Assembly (NCBI GenBank): GCA_963705505.1
Contig: CAVPJU010000003.1
Location: 1-64,000 of the forward strand
Reading direction: 5' to 3'
Length of the DNA stretch: 64,000 nt
Source of the DNA: an uncultured bacterium
GTDB taxonomy: Bacteria > Desulfobacterota_D > UBA1144 > Nemesobacterales > UBA2774
The notes under the pieces are model-generated. The model searched no databases. It was given only the letters and a program-made list of their open reading frames with translations, and was not told where the DNA came from. The translations under genes and the position numbers were made by a program. Positions 8,431-17,324 of the stretch are shown one piece after another (position 1 is the first letter of the stretch; the number at the start of each line of letters is the position of its first letter).

Positions 8431-9558
8431 ATGGACCCGAGAACCCTAAAGGTAGAATTGCAGAGTCTAGGTCTAAGAATTCCCGATACAAAAGGCATAC
8501 GGAGCGGCGGAGCCGGACCCACCGGAGGTATCCATCTGAAGATACTTCCCGACAATGAGGCAAATATTCCCGTTGTCGGGGATTTCGTCGATTCCTCTCC
8601 TTATTACCTCGATCAGATAAACAATGAGTACTGGATATTCAAAGACGGCGTTGCGCTCGTTCAGGTAGAGCTCATGGGCAGCGCAAAATTTCACGGGCAC
8701 ATAACGTCCGCCGGAATACCCATGCAAAAGATCGGGCTCCTTCATTGTCCGACTACATTTGCCACGACGCTGCTTCAAACCTGTGACTTTTGGCAGGACG
8801 ACAGAAGGTGTAAGTTCTGCGGTATAGAGATTACACTCAAAGACAGAAGCACGGTCGGGTTTAAAAACGCCAAAAGCCTGGTCGAGACCATCAAGCTCGC
8901 AAAGGAACTGGACGGGATCACTAATATAGTCTTTACCTCGGGCGTCTCACCCGACGAGGAGAAAGCTTTAAGCAAATACGCCGAGATATGCTCCGAGGTA
9001 AAACAGGCGACGGGGATACCGATCCAGCTGCAGATAATTCCCCCTGAAGACCTCTCCTGGCTCAGGCGCTTAAAAGATTCTGGCGTTGATTCATTGGGTG
9101 TCCATATCGAAACCTTCGACCCCGAGGTTTTTGAAAAAATAACCCCGGGCAAAGCGAGGATCGGGCTTCATAAGTATATCGAGACATGGAAGGAAGCGGT
9201 GAATGTCTTTGGAAGGTGGCAGGTAAGCACATACGTACTCGTAGGTCTCGGTGAAACGCTCGAATCGGTAATAGATGGTACGGCGCTATGCGCCGAAATC
9301 GGAGTATATCCCTTCATAGTTCCTTTCAGACCGGTGGCGGGAACTCCGATGGAGCACGTAAAGCCGCCGAGTCCGGAAGTAATGGAGTACGTATATACGG
9401 AGGCCGCTGAGATACTCGCAAAGTATGACAGGGCTTCTAAAAGCAGCCTTGCCGGCTGCGTGAGCTGCGGTGAATGCTCGGCGCTTCCTGATTTTGAGAG
9501 GGCCGCAGCCAAAAATGTGAAGTTCAAAAAGTTAATTAAGCCCATAAGAGTTAGTTAA
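8431..9558 (+). CDS. MSMEG_0568-family radical SAM protein (NitD-like)
   Basis: ELQSLGLR, GGAGPT, ATTLLQTC-x8-CKFC (CX8CX2C), FG.WQVSTY..VGLGE, GVYPFIVPFRP..GTP, C-terminal GCVSCGECS. Confidence 0.9.
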   Translation: MDPRTLKVELQSLGLRIPDTKGIRSGGAGPTGGIHLKILPDNEANIPVVGDFVDSSPYYLDQINNEYWIFKDGVALVQVELMGSAKFHGHITSAGIPMQKIGLLHCPTTFATTLLQTCDFWQDDRRCKFCGIEITLKDRSTVGFKNAKSLVETIKLAKELDGITNIVFTSGVSPDEEKALSKYAEICSEVKQATGIPIQLQIIPPEDLSWLRRLKDSGVDSLGVHIETFDPEVFEKITPGKARIGLHKYIETWKEAVNVFGRWQVSTYVLVGLGETLESVIDGTALCAEIGVYPFIVPFRPVAGTPMEHVKPPSPEVMEYVYTEAAEILAKYDRASKSSLAGCVSCGECSALPDFERAAAKNVKFKKLIKPIRVS

Positions 9559-9618
9559 CCGGCTTTCGTGTTGTGAGTATGTGCAGCAAGATCGACAATA
9601 AACTTAAAGGTAAAATAA

Positions 9619-10959
9619 ATGGCTCAAGATAATTTACGAATCGTGATTATAGGCGGAGGCGCCGGAGGAATTTCGTCAGCGTCAACGGCAAAGTCTCTGG
9701 CACCCGGTGCCTCAGTCACACTCTTTACAGAGTTCGAGGACGTTGCTTACAGTCCCTGCGGCATCCCTTTCGTCCACGGACGGGAAATCCCTGATTTCAA
9801 GAATCTGTTCCTCCAAACGTCGGAACACTATGCCAGTATAGGGATCGATCTCCGGCTTCAGACAAAGGTTACGGGTATCGACCTTCAAAATCGGACTGTG
9901 AGCGTCGGCTCCGAGACGTTCGGGTGGGACCGCTTAATAATTGCCACGGGATTTGAATACGACGTACCCGATATCCCGGGTATCGAAATGGAGGGGATTC
10001 ATTACGTCAAGAACATAAGACGCGCCATGGAGTTTGATAAGGTCCTCGACACGATTAAAAAAATAGTAGTAGTGTCCGCAACCCCGCTCGGCATAGAGAT
10101 GACCGGAAACCTGGCACACAGAGGGCTTGAGACCCACCTGGTCGAAGAAGGGGCCTGGCTCATGTCGGAGGTCGCGGATCCGGACATTATGGAGCCTGTT
10201 AAAGAATCCCTCGAAGAGCTGGGAGCGAAGCTTCATTTCGGAACCAAGGTCCTCGAGTTTAAGGGTTCTAACGGAAAAGTTAATAGAGTGGTCACCACTT
10301 CGGGGGAAATCGAGTGCGACGTAGTTGTTGTCGCGGCCCCTAAGAAGCCGAACAATCACCTCTCCCGCGCCGCCGGTATAGAAATCGGGGCGACGGGCGG
10401 AATAATAGTTGACGACCACATGCGTACATCCGCAAAAGACGTATTTGCCGCGGGCGACTGTACGGAAGTGATACACGGCGTCACGGACATTCCTATACAG
10501 GGACTCTCCGGGAGCCACGCGTACTCTCAGGGGCGAGTCGCGGCCGCTAACGCAGCCGGCGATGACCGTTCGTACGATCCTGTATATATCCCCTGGGGCA
10601 TGGTGGGCGGCAAGGTTCAGATCGGCGGAGTATCCTTCGGAGAAACATTGCACAAAGCCCTGGGAATTCCGCATATCGTAGCCTTCGCCGTGGGAATCTC
10701 GAGAGCGAGATACTACCCGGGAGTAAGCAGGATTAGGGTAAAGCTCATTGCCGACCCCGATACGCACCGTGTAATGGGCGCTCAGATGTCGGGCGGTGAA
10801 GGGATTAAAGAAAGAGCGGACTTCCTCGCTTTCGTTATAAAGCGCGGCGTAAAGCTTGAAGAACTGGCGTGGATGGAGAACGTTTATTCACCTCCTATAG
10901 GAGCGCTGATGGAACCGATCGCTTTAGCGGCACAGGCGGGCCTGGCAAAACGAAATTAA
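9619..10959 (+). CDS. FAD-dependent pyridine nucleotide-disulfide oxidoreductase, CoA-disulfide reductase/NADH oxidase type
   Basis: GGGAGG, single redox Cys in YSPCGIPF, ATG, VFAAGDC, C-terminal dimerisation domain with YSPP. Confidence 0.85.
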   Translation: MAQDNLRIVIIGGGAGGISSASTAKSLAPGASVTLFTEFEDVAYSPCGIPFVHGREIPDFKNLFLQTSEHYASIGIDLRLQTKVTGIDLQNRTVSVGSETFGWDRLIIATGFEYDVPDIPGIEMEGIHYVKNIRRAMEFDKVLDTIKKIVVVSATPLGIEMTGNLAHRGLETHLVEEGAWLMSEVADPDIMEPVKESLEELGAKLHFGTKVLEFKGSNGKVNRVVTTSGEIECDVVVVAAPKKPNNHLSRAAGIEIGATGGIIVDDHMRTSAKDVFAAGDCTEVIHGVTDIPIQGLSGSHAYSQGRVAAANAAGDDRSYDPVYIPWGMVGGKVQIGGVSFGETLHKALGIPHIVAFAVGISRARYYPGVSRIRVKLIADPDTHRVMGAQMSGGEGIKERADFLAFVIKRGVKLEELAWMENVYSPPIGALMEPIALAAQAGLAKRN

Positions 10960-11027
10960 CTCGAGGCTCGTATCGAATTAATCCGGGCGCCGGGTTCATA
11001 GAACGAGCGGATTGTGGAGAATAGACT

Positions 11028-11276
11028 ATGGCTTTTGGACATTGGCTGAGAGAAAACGCGGAGAAATACCTGCTTGAAGCCGCCAACGACCGAATGATAT
11101 CACAATACCCCGAGGCCTGTGCAAAGCCTTACCGCGAAGGGGGAATCATTCCTTTTTTCTGGAGAAATATTTTTGTTCCGATTTATCTGATAATTCCCTG
11201 GAGTGTCCGGAGAAAAATTATTCTCTACACCTCATACCCCGGAGGCAAGCGTCCGCATTGGAAAAAATATAATTGA
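11028..11276 (+). CDS. Small hypothetical protein (82 aa) with an aromatic amphipathic segment
   Basis: Same-strand ORF within the operon, RBS GGAG; FFWRNIFVPIYLIIPW segment. Confidence 0.7.
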   Translation: MAFGHWLRENAEKYLLEAANDRMISQYPEACAKPYREGGIIPFFWRNIFVPIYLIIPWSVRRKIILYTSYPGGKRPHWKKYN

Positions 11277-11382
11277 ATGACCCCAATCCGCTCTATTCGG
11301 AAGATGCTAAGCATTGAAAGCTTATATCAATCGGTGAGAACTATTAGATAATTTTTATTTCATAACATCCTGCCAAACGAAT

Positions 11383-12381
11383 ATGGAAGAAAAAAAACAC
11401 TCCGCCGCATTAGAAGCGGAGGCGATGGGATACAGAGTATTAAACACGCTAAAAGACTCGAAGGGTAAAACAGTAGTGCAAAGTGTTTTTGAACATGCGA
11501 TTTATATTACAGGCGGCGGCAACACGCTTATCAAAGTAATAGATAATAAAGAGTACATAAGCCCAACTTCAATAGTGATTGATAAACCCGAACGCCTGAG
11601 CTTCAAGTCATTTAACATCAAAGAAGGAACAGAAATAATAATAAGTGAAAGCGAATTAAGCACTCGGGAAAACGGGTTTTCCATCAATCTGTCGAACGCT
11701 TCCACCTGGTATCCGCCGAAGTTCTCGGAGCTGACCGCACGCTTGAGCCTTGAAGAAATAAACTTAAACCTGAGAGTACTGCACGACGTCATTTACACAT
11801 GCCCCTCGAGGGAGGGGCTCGTCCCGCTTCTTGAAAATATCGAGCTCTACGGGCCTATGGAAGTGTTCCTGAAGGAGCAGAGGCCTACGGTCTCGGAGAA
11901 GGCGAGACCATACATCGAAAGGCTTATGTGGGGACTTTTCTCAGGCGACCTCGAATCCATAACCGGGAACGCAGAATCAATTCTCGGACTTGGGCCGGGG
12001 CTCACACCCTCGTGTGACGATTTTCTGGCCGGCCTTATATTGAGCTTGCAGCTGGGCTCACGGATACTTAACAAAAATGATACAGCCGTGCTCGGCTTTT
12101 ATAACAAGGCTTCGGAAGAGATACTTAGAATAGCGAAGAGCAAAACCACTATCTACAGCGTTAGCTTCCTGAACGAAGCCGCGCACGGAGAGGGTCCCTC
12201 CGCAATTATAGATTTAATATGCAGCGTTTTCACGCAAAGCCCCGACCATGTTGCGAAAGCATCAAGGACACTGATCGGGATGGGAGAGACGTCAGGGGCG
12301 GATATATCCATCGGTATTTGTTACGGACTCAGATTTTTAATCTCGAGAATCGAACTCAGGGAACTACATGAGACCGCTTAA
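11383..12381 (+). CDS. DUF2877/YlbF/YahE family protein (AllH-like carbamoyltransferase subunit)
   Basis: VQSVFEHAI, GLGPGLTPSCDDFLAG, TTIYS..L, GETSGADI..G. Confidence 0.85.
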   Translation: MEEKKHSAALEAEAMGYRVLNTLKDSKGKTVVQSVFEHAIYITGGGNTLIKVIDNKEYISPTSIVIDKPERLSFKSFNIKEGTEIIISESELSTRENGFSINLSNASTWYPPKFSELTARLSLEEINLNLRVLHDVIYTCPSREGLVPLLENIELYGPMEVFLKEQRPTVSEKARPYIERLMWGLFSGDLESITGNAESILGLGPGLTPSCDDFLAGLILSLQLGSRILNKNDTAVLGFYNKASEEILRIAKSKTTIYSVSFLNEAAHGEGPSAIIDLICSVFTQSPDHVAKASRTLIGMGETSGADISIGICYGLRFLISRIELRELHETA

Positions 12382-13543
12382 TATTGCGCTACTCACATAC
12401 TCGACAAAGCCGCGAGGCGGGGTCACGCACACCATAAATCTGGCTGAGGGCTTGGCACGCTTAAACCACAAGGTACACGTTTACGCCCTATCTTCCGGTA
12501 ACGGTTTTTCGGGGAAGGTAAATGTCCCTTACACCCTCATCCCCTGCCCCGGAAAAAATTATGAAAGCATAGACGATAAAATAAAAGACTACATCGGAAT
12601 CTATACCTCCTACCTGGCCGGAGCGGATCTGGATCACGATATCCTCCACGCGGAGGATTGCATCTCGGCAAATGCTCTTCTCAATCTTCGTGACGCGGGT
12701 CTGATTGAATTCTATGTCCGAACGGTTCACCACATAGATGATTTTACATCGGACTCACTCATCGAATGCCAGGCGAAGAGCATAGTGAAACCCGACTATG
12801 TCATCTCGGTAAGCAAGCTCTGGGACACTGAGCTTCGCACCGAATACTCCCTTAATTCCACGGTCATCAATAACGGAGTCGACTTTAAAACATACAGTAC
12901 CGGCCGCGGTACAAAAATAAAGGAGAAAGCCAAAGAAAGATTTGCAGTCAGAGGCAGTAACGTGATGTTAAGCATAGGGGGTATCGAGCCCCGCAAAAAC
13001 AGCATAACTGCGCTTAAAGCATTTAATATCGTAAGAGCATATCTCCAAGCGAAGGGAGAGAAATTGGTATGGCTGATCGGAGGCGGGGAGACTCTATTCG
13101 ACTACAGAGCTTATCGTGAAGAGTTTTTTGCCGAACTGGGCAAACTCGGCTTAGAGCCGGATAAAGACATTTTCGTACTGGGCAGGATTCCGGGAGACGA
13201 AATGCCTCTTCTTTACAGCGCAGCCGACGTATTTGTATTCCCTTCGATAAAGGAGGGATGGGGACTGGTTTTGCTCGAGGCAATGGCAGCCGGGGTTCCC
13301 GTCATTTCATCAAACATAGAACCCATGACGGAATTTCTCGAGGACGGAGAGAATTCAGTGCTTATTTCTCCCAACGATTACAAGGCGCTGGCTCACCAGA
13401 TTGCGAGAGTTCTGGAGAGTTCCGAGCTAAGGTCGCGGCTTATAAATAACGGAGAAAAAACCGCGCAAATGTACAGCTGGGAGAGCGCAGCGCTCAATCA
13501 TATCGAATGCTATAACAGGATTTTAAGGGAGCGAAATAATTGA
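12368..13543 (+). CDS. MSMEG_0565-family GT4 glycosyltransferase
   Basis: LLTYSTKPRGGV.H, HAEDCISANAL, RTVHHIDDF, GGIEPRKNS, GGETLFDY, FPSIKEGWGLVLLEAMA. Confidence 0.9.
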   Translation: MRPLNIALLTYSTKPRGGVTHTINLAEGLARLNHKVHVYALSSGNGFSGKVNVPYTLIPCPGKNYESIDDKIKDYIGIYTSYLAGADLDHDILHAEDCISANALLNLRDAGLIEFYVRTVHHIDDFTSDSLIECQAKSIVKPDYVISVSKLWDTELRTEYSLNSTVINNGVDFKTYSTGRGTKIKEKAKERFAVRGSNVMLSIGGIEPRKNSITALKAFNIVRAYLQAKGEKLVWLIGGGETLFDYRAYREEFFAELGKLGLEPDKDIFVLGRIPGDEMPLLYSAADVFVFPSIKEGWGLVLLEAMAAGVPVISSNIEPMTEFLEDGENSVLISPNDYKALAHQIARVLESSELRSRLINNGEKTAQMYSWESAALNHIECYNRILRERNN

Positions 13544-13568
13544 TTAGAATATCCGGCGGAAGGGATCT

Positions 13569-13970
13569 ATGTTAGAGGTCGAAGCTGTCTGGAAGAAAAG
13601 ATATCAGGTTGAGGTCACAGCACGGCAGTTCCGGGTCGAAAATGACGAGCCTCCTAAGTTTGGCGGTGACGATATGGGAATGATGCCTACCGAGCTCTTT
13701 CTCAGCTCAATAGCTACATGCTTCTGCCTTGCGCTCGTTTATGCGGCAAAGAACAAGAAAATCAAACTCGACGACGTCAGTGTCAAGGTTTTCGGAGATA
13801 AGGACATAAAAAACTTCATCTTTAACAGAATTATTGTGAGAGTAATAACTTCTCTCCCTCAGCATAATTTAGATGAAATCATGCCCCTTGCAAAAAAGTA
13901 CTGTTTTGTAAGCAACACGGTTGTAAAGTCCTGTCCGATTGAATACGAGACAGTTAAGGCCGAGACCTGA
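13569..13970 (+). CDS. OsmC/Ohr family protein
   Basis: DEP..FGG.D.G..PTEL.L..IATC and KYC.VSNT two-Cys signature. Confidence 0.85.
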   Translation: MLEVEAVWKKRYQVEVTARQFRVENDEPPKFGGDDMGMMPTELFLSSIATCFCLALVYAAKNKKIKLDDVSVKVFGDKDIKNFIFNRIIVRVITSLPQHNLDEIMPLAKKYCFVSNTVVKSCPIEYETVKAET

Positions 13971-14008
13971 AAATATTACATCAACCGAGAACACGGGAGA
14001 TATATTTA

Positions 14009-14461
14009 GTGTTGAAATTCATTATAAAAAAGAATTATTTTCAGGACGCGCTCCGGCTCATGAGGATATCGAAGAGCATCGCGGACAAGGAAGACGTGAA
14101 GAAGGCAGTTGCAGTAATGGCGACGGACAAAGCCAAGTTCGCGCTTAAGGATGCGGGGCTCCTGACCGAAGAGATAGACCGGGCAAACGGATCCGATCTC
14201 GTAATGGTGGTTGAAGCCCGGTCAGAAGAAGCGGCTGATCAGGCGCTCTCCGAGATGGAGGAATCGGTTTCATCCTCAGTATCCAGGAGCGCTCAGAATG
14301 CTCCGAGCATAGTCGATCAGGAGATACGGGCGATAAACATCGGCCTTGATATTTTCAAAGACGCGCTTGAAGCCCAGGGCGTAAAAGTGGTCCAGGTCGA
14401 TTGGGAAGTCCCTGCAAAAGGTGACGAAAAAATTTTGAATATCTTAAAAAAGATGTACTGA
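14009..14461 (+). CDS. Mini-FdrA: FdrA N-terminal domain fused to the FdrA/YahG 'INIGL' tail domain
   Basis: First ~85 aa align by eye with the N-terminus of 5004-6557; C-terminus is INIGLDIFKDALEAQGVKVVQVDWEVPAKGD. Confidence 0.75.
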   Translation: MLKFIIKKNYFQDALRLMRISKSIADKEDVKKAVAVMATDKAKFALKDAGLLTEEIDRANGSDLVMVVEARSEEAADQALSEMEESVSSSVSRSAQNAPSIVDQEIRAINIGLDIFKDALEAQGVKVVQVDWEVPAKGDEKILNILKKMY

Positions 14462-14490
14462 GATCATAAAAAACACTGAAATTAAAGAAT

Positions 14491-15057
14491 ATGAGCATAC
14501 GCAACCCGGATAAATTAAAAAAAGTTCTTTCAGACCCTAAACGACTTGCAAAAGCATTCAGCAGGCATACGTACGGAATGCTCGCCTGGGTGGACCTGTT
14601 CGGAGGGAAATTGAAATTTATCGAGGACCTCGATACCAAACTCGTCGCTGCACGAATTATCGCCGACAACGCCAAGCATGCGAAGCTCTTTCGCGACAGG
14701 GCAAGAGAGCTGGGAGAGAAGCCCGAGACCTATGCCCCTCCCGAAATAGGGCAGAGGATATACGACATTCTTGAGTCCTATAACGACCCGTTCGACGAGT
14801 TCGCCTATGCGTGGGGTTCTCTAATACACTTTTCTTCTTTGCTCGATTTGTACCACGGTGTAGCGGACCCGAAAAGCCAGAAGGTAATCGAAGAAGTCCG
14901 AAACGACGTGAGAGCACATCTTGGTTACCTTGAGAAATATTTTGAGCTGAACTCCGGCACTCCTGAAAAACAAAGGCGCGCCGAAGAAGTCAAAATGGTG
15001 GCCGATAAAATTTACGCCGACAGAGAGGACGAGGAGATAAAATGGTATGCGGCGTGA
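14491..15057 (+). CDS. Ferritin-like four-helix-bundle protein with degenerate ExxH motifs
   Basis: Helical pattern; IADNAKHA.LF..R..ELG and DVRAH at the positions of the two DExxH motifs. Confidence 0.6.
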   Translation: MSIRNPDKLKKVLSDPKRLAKAFSRHTYGMLAWVDLFGGKLKFIEDLDTKLVAARIIADNAKHAKLFRDRARELGEKPETYAPPEIGQRIYDILESYNDPFDEFAYAWGSLIHFSSLLDLYHGVADPKSQKVIEEVRNDVRAHLGYLEKYFELNSGTPEKQRRAEEVKMVADKIYADREDEEIKWYAA

Positions 15058-15895
15058 TGAAAATCCGGGTTTTGAGGAGCTCCGGGAGCCCCTGCCCTGG
15101 TACCGGCCTAAAAAATACTACTATTATCTCATATCTCTTTTGTTGAGGACGATCGGCCAGCTATCCGACGGGATAAGAATCGGTTTCAGGCACGGTTTCG
15201 ATTCGGGAATGATTATGAATTATATATATGAAGATAAGCCGCAAGGAATATCTTACATCGGTAAAGCTCTGGACGCAGCGTTTCTTGACCAGACCACCTG
15301 TAAAGCCTTCCGGGCGGTGAAACAGATCCAGAAGGATATAATCTCCAGCTACCTCGAGGAGAGAAGCGGTAAGGAGACATTTATCGTCGATATGGCTTCC
15401 GGCAAGGCCGATTATATATACGATGTGCTCAAAGAAAGAAAATCAAAGATAAAGGTTCTGCTGCGGGACGTCAGCGAAAGCGCCATCCGCGAGAGCAAGG
15501 CAGCGGCCGGACTCTTAGGTCTGAAAGAGAGTGTGAGTTATGAAGTCGGAGATGCCCTCGACCCGGAGAGCCTGAGGCGGATTTCCCCGCGTCCGGACCT
15601 CGTAATCGAAGCCGGACTCTACGGGATTATTCACGAAGACGGATTGATAAAGAAACATTTGCATGAGTTAAAAGACATCGTGAACCCCGGAGCGCTCCTC
15701 TTTAACGTACAGACCCGGAACGAGCAAATCGAGCTAATTGCAAGAACATTGATAAACCAGGATGGAGAACGGTGCGTATGGCACCTACGCCCCAAAGAGC
15801 TCGTGATAGGATGGGCATTGGAAGCCGGGTTCAAAGATCCTGAAGTAACCATGGATCCCTACGGGATCTACGCCGTTGTGCTGATGAGGAACTAA
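15047..15895 (+). CDS. Class I SAM-dependent methyltransferase (YnbC C-terminal/Methyltransf_20-like)
   Basis: LSDGIRIG..HGFDSG...YIY, IVDMASGKADY, LLRD, GDALD, GLY, MD.YGIY.V. Confidence 0.8.
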   Translation: MRRDENPGFEELREPLPWYRPKKYYYYLISLLLRTIGQLSDGIRIGFRHGFDSGMIMNYIYEDKPQGISYIGKALDAAFLDQTTCKAFRAVKQIQKDIISSYLEERSGKETFIVDMASGKADYIYDVLKERKSKIKVLLRDVSESAIRESKAAAGLLGLKESVSYEVGDALDPESLRRISPRPDLVIEAGLYGIIHEDGLIKKHLHELKDIVNPGALLFNVQTRNEQIELIARTLINQDGERCVWHLRPKELVIGWALEAGFKDPEVTMDPYGIYAVVLMRN

Positions 15896-15935
15896 ATTCG
15901 GGCACGCACGGACTATCCGCTATGATGAGAAACGA

Positions 15936-17324
15936 ATGAAAAAAGAAAGATTTGTGCTCGGCTGGGAAGCCAGCCGTGACAGTTCCGCTTTTCCGAACAA
16001 TCTGCTGTCCGACAGGGTTAAATCGGTCATCGAGAGCCCTCACGGTATGTGGAATTACATGACATACCGCGACGCGATAAATATACTGGGTCTCGATTCG
16101 GCAGATTTATACTCCGAAGGGAGGATAGATCTGGATAAAAGCAAATGGGCCGACTTCGGATGGATGACCTGTTATGCGGGACCTCCCCGAAGCGCTGTCG
16201 AAGCGATGCGCAATCACACGGACGAATCCAATATCAACCCCTACTCTCCTGACTTGATCAACCCTCTGCGAGATGCCGCCGCGAATATAAAGTTCGGACG
16301 TGCCAGGAGCGCCGGGTTCGAGGTTATGGGCGTGGAAGGCAGCCAGGCGGCCATATCCTACGTGCTTCAAACGGTAATCAACCCCGGAGACGAGGTCATA
16401 ATCACCGATCCGGGCTACTTCCACTTCGAATCATCGATTCTGATGGCGAGCGGCAGGCCGGTCAGAATCCCCCTCAATTCCGAAAACGGGTATAGATTAA
16501 ACCCCGGTCAGGTAGCGGAGCATATAACTCCAAAAACAAAGACAATTATAGTCTGTGATCCTCTCAATCCTTTCGGCACCGTACAGACAAGAGAGGAGCT
16601 GATTGCGATTATAGAATTGGCGAGGGATCACGGAATCGTCATAATCAACGACATTACACACGACACCCATCAGATCGATCCCGACTCACGGCACTGTCCT
16701 ATGAGTTCTCTCTACAGGGATACAAACACTGATAATGTCGTTTCCACATTCAGCATTTCACACGGATACGGGATGGCCGGGGTCAGAATAGGTTTTCTCG
16801 CAGGCCATTCAGAGCTAATCAGGGCTTGTCTGATAACGAAAACTTCGTTGACGAGGCTCAATACGAATCTGATCGCTCAGTATGGAGCTTTAGCCGCTAT
16901 TCAGGACAACGAGTATGTAACAAAATCAACCGAGATTATCAGGCGCAATTTCAAAATCATTAAGGATATAGTCAGCGGTACTGAAGGTGTGTCCATTCCC
17001 GTGGAACCTAAATACGGATTCTCCATGGTAATAGACGTTTCCGGAACCGGAGCGACGGCGCAGGAGCTGACCGTTGCACTCTTCAAGCGCAACATAGCCG
17101 TTTATCCCGGTGACGGGCTCGGAGACGTCGGAGCGACGAGCTTCATCAGACTCAATATTTCAAGGCCCGACCTCTGGGCGTTCGAGCACTTTAAAAAATC
17201 GCTTCCCGATGCGATATCCGAGGCCAAAAGCGGCGTTTACAGGAAGAGTCTGATTCGTTTCTTCGAACAGAAGAAAACAGGGAGAGCCGGGAAGATTTTG
17301 AAAGAACTCAAGGGCGGCCTATGA
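15936..17324 (+). CDS. Class I/II aminotransferase-fold PLP protein lacking the Schiff-base lysine
   Basis: EGSQAA, PGDEVIITDPGY, DPLNPFG, NDITH, FSISHGYGMAGVRIG (H276 where K is expected), FIRLNI. Confidence 0.8.
   Translation: MKKERFVLGWEASRDSSAFPNNLLSDRVKSVIESPHGMWNYMTYRDAINILGLDSADLYSEGRIDLDKSKWADFGWMTCYAGPPRSAVEAMRNHTDESNINPYSPDLINPLRDAAANIKFGRARSAGFEVMGVEGSQAAISYVLQTVINPGDEVIITDPGYFHFESSILMASGRPVRIPLNSENGYRLNPGQVAEHITPKTKTIIVCDPLNPFGTVQTREELIAIIELARDHGIVIINDITHDTHQIDPDSRHCPMSSLYRDTNTDNVVSTFSISHGYGMAGVRIGFLAGHSELIRACLITKTSLTRLNTNLIAQYGALAAIQDNEYVTKSTEIIRRNFKIIKDIVSGTEGVSIPVEPKYGFSMVIDVSGTGATAQELTVALFKRNIAVYPGDGLGDVGATSFIRLNISRPDLWAFEHFKKSLPDAISEAKSGVYRKSLIRFFEQKKTGRAGKILKELKGGL

Noticed and set aside
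11028..11276. 82-aa ORF as the MSMEG_0570 homolog or a RiPP precursor for the radical SAM enzyme
   Set aside because: Lacks the MPE..F...WPDG...CYSPS pattern I recall for MSMEG_0570 and has no leader/core layout; left as unknown
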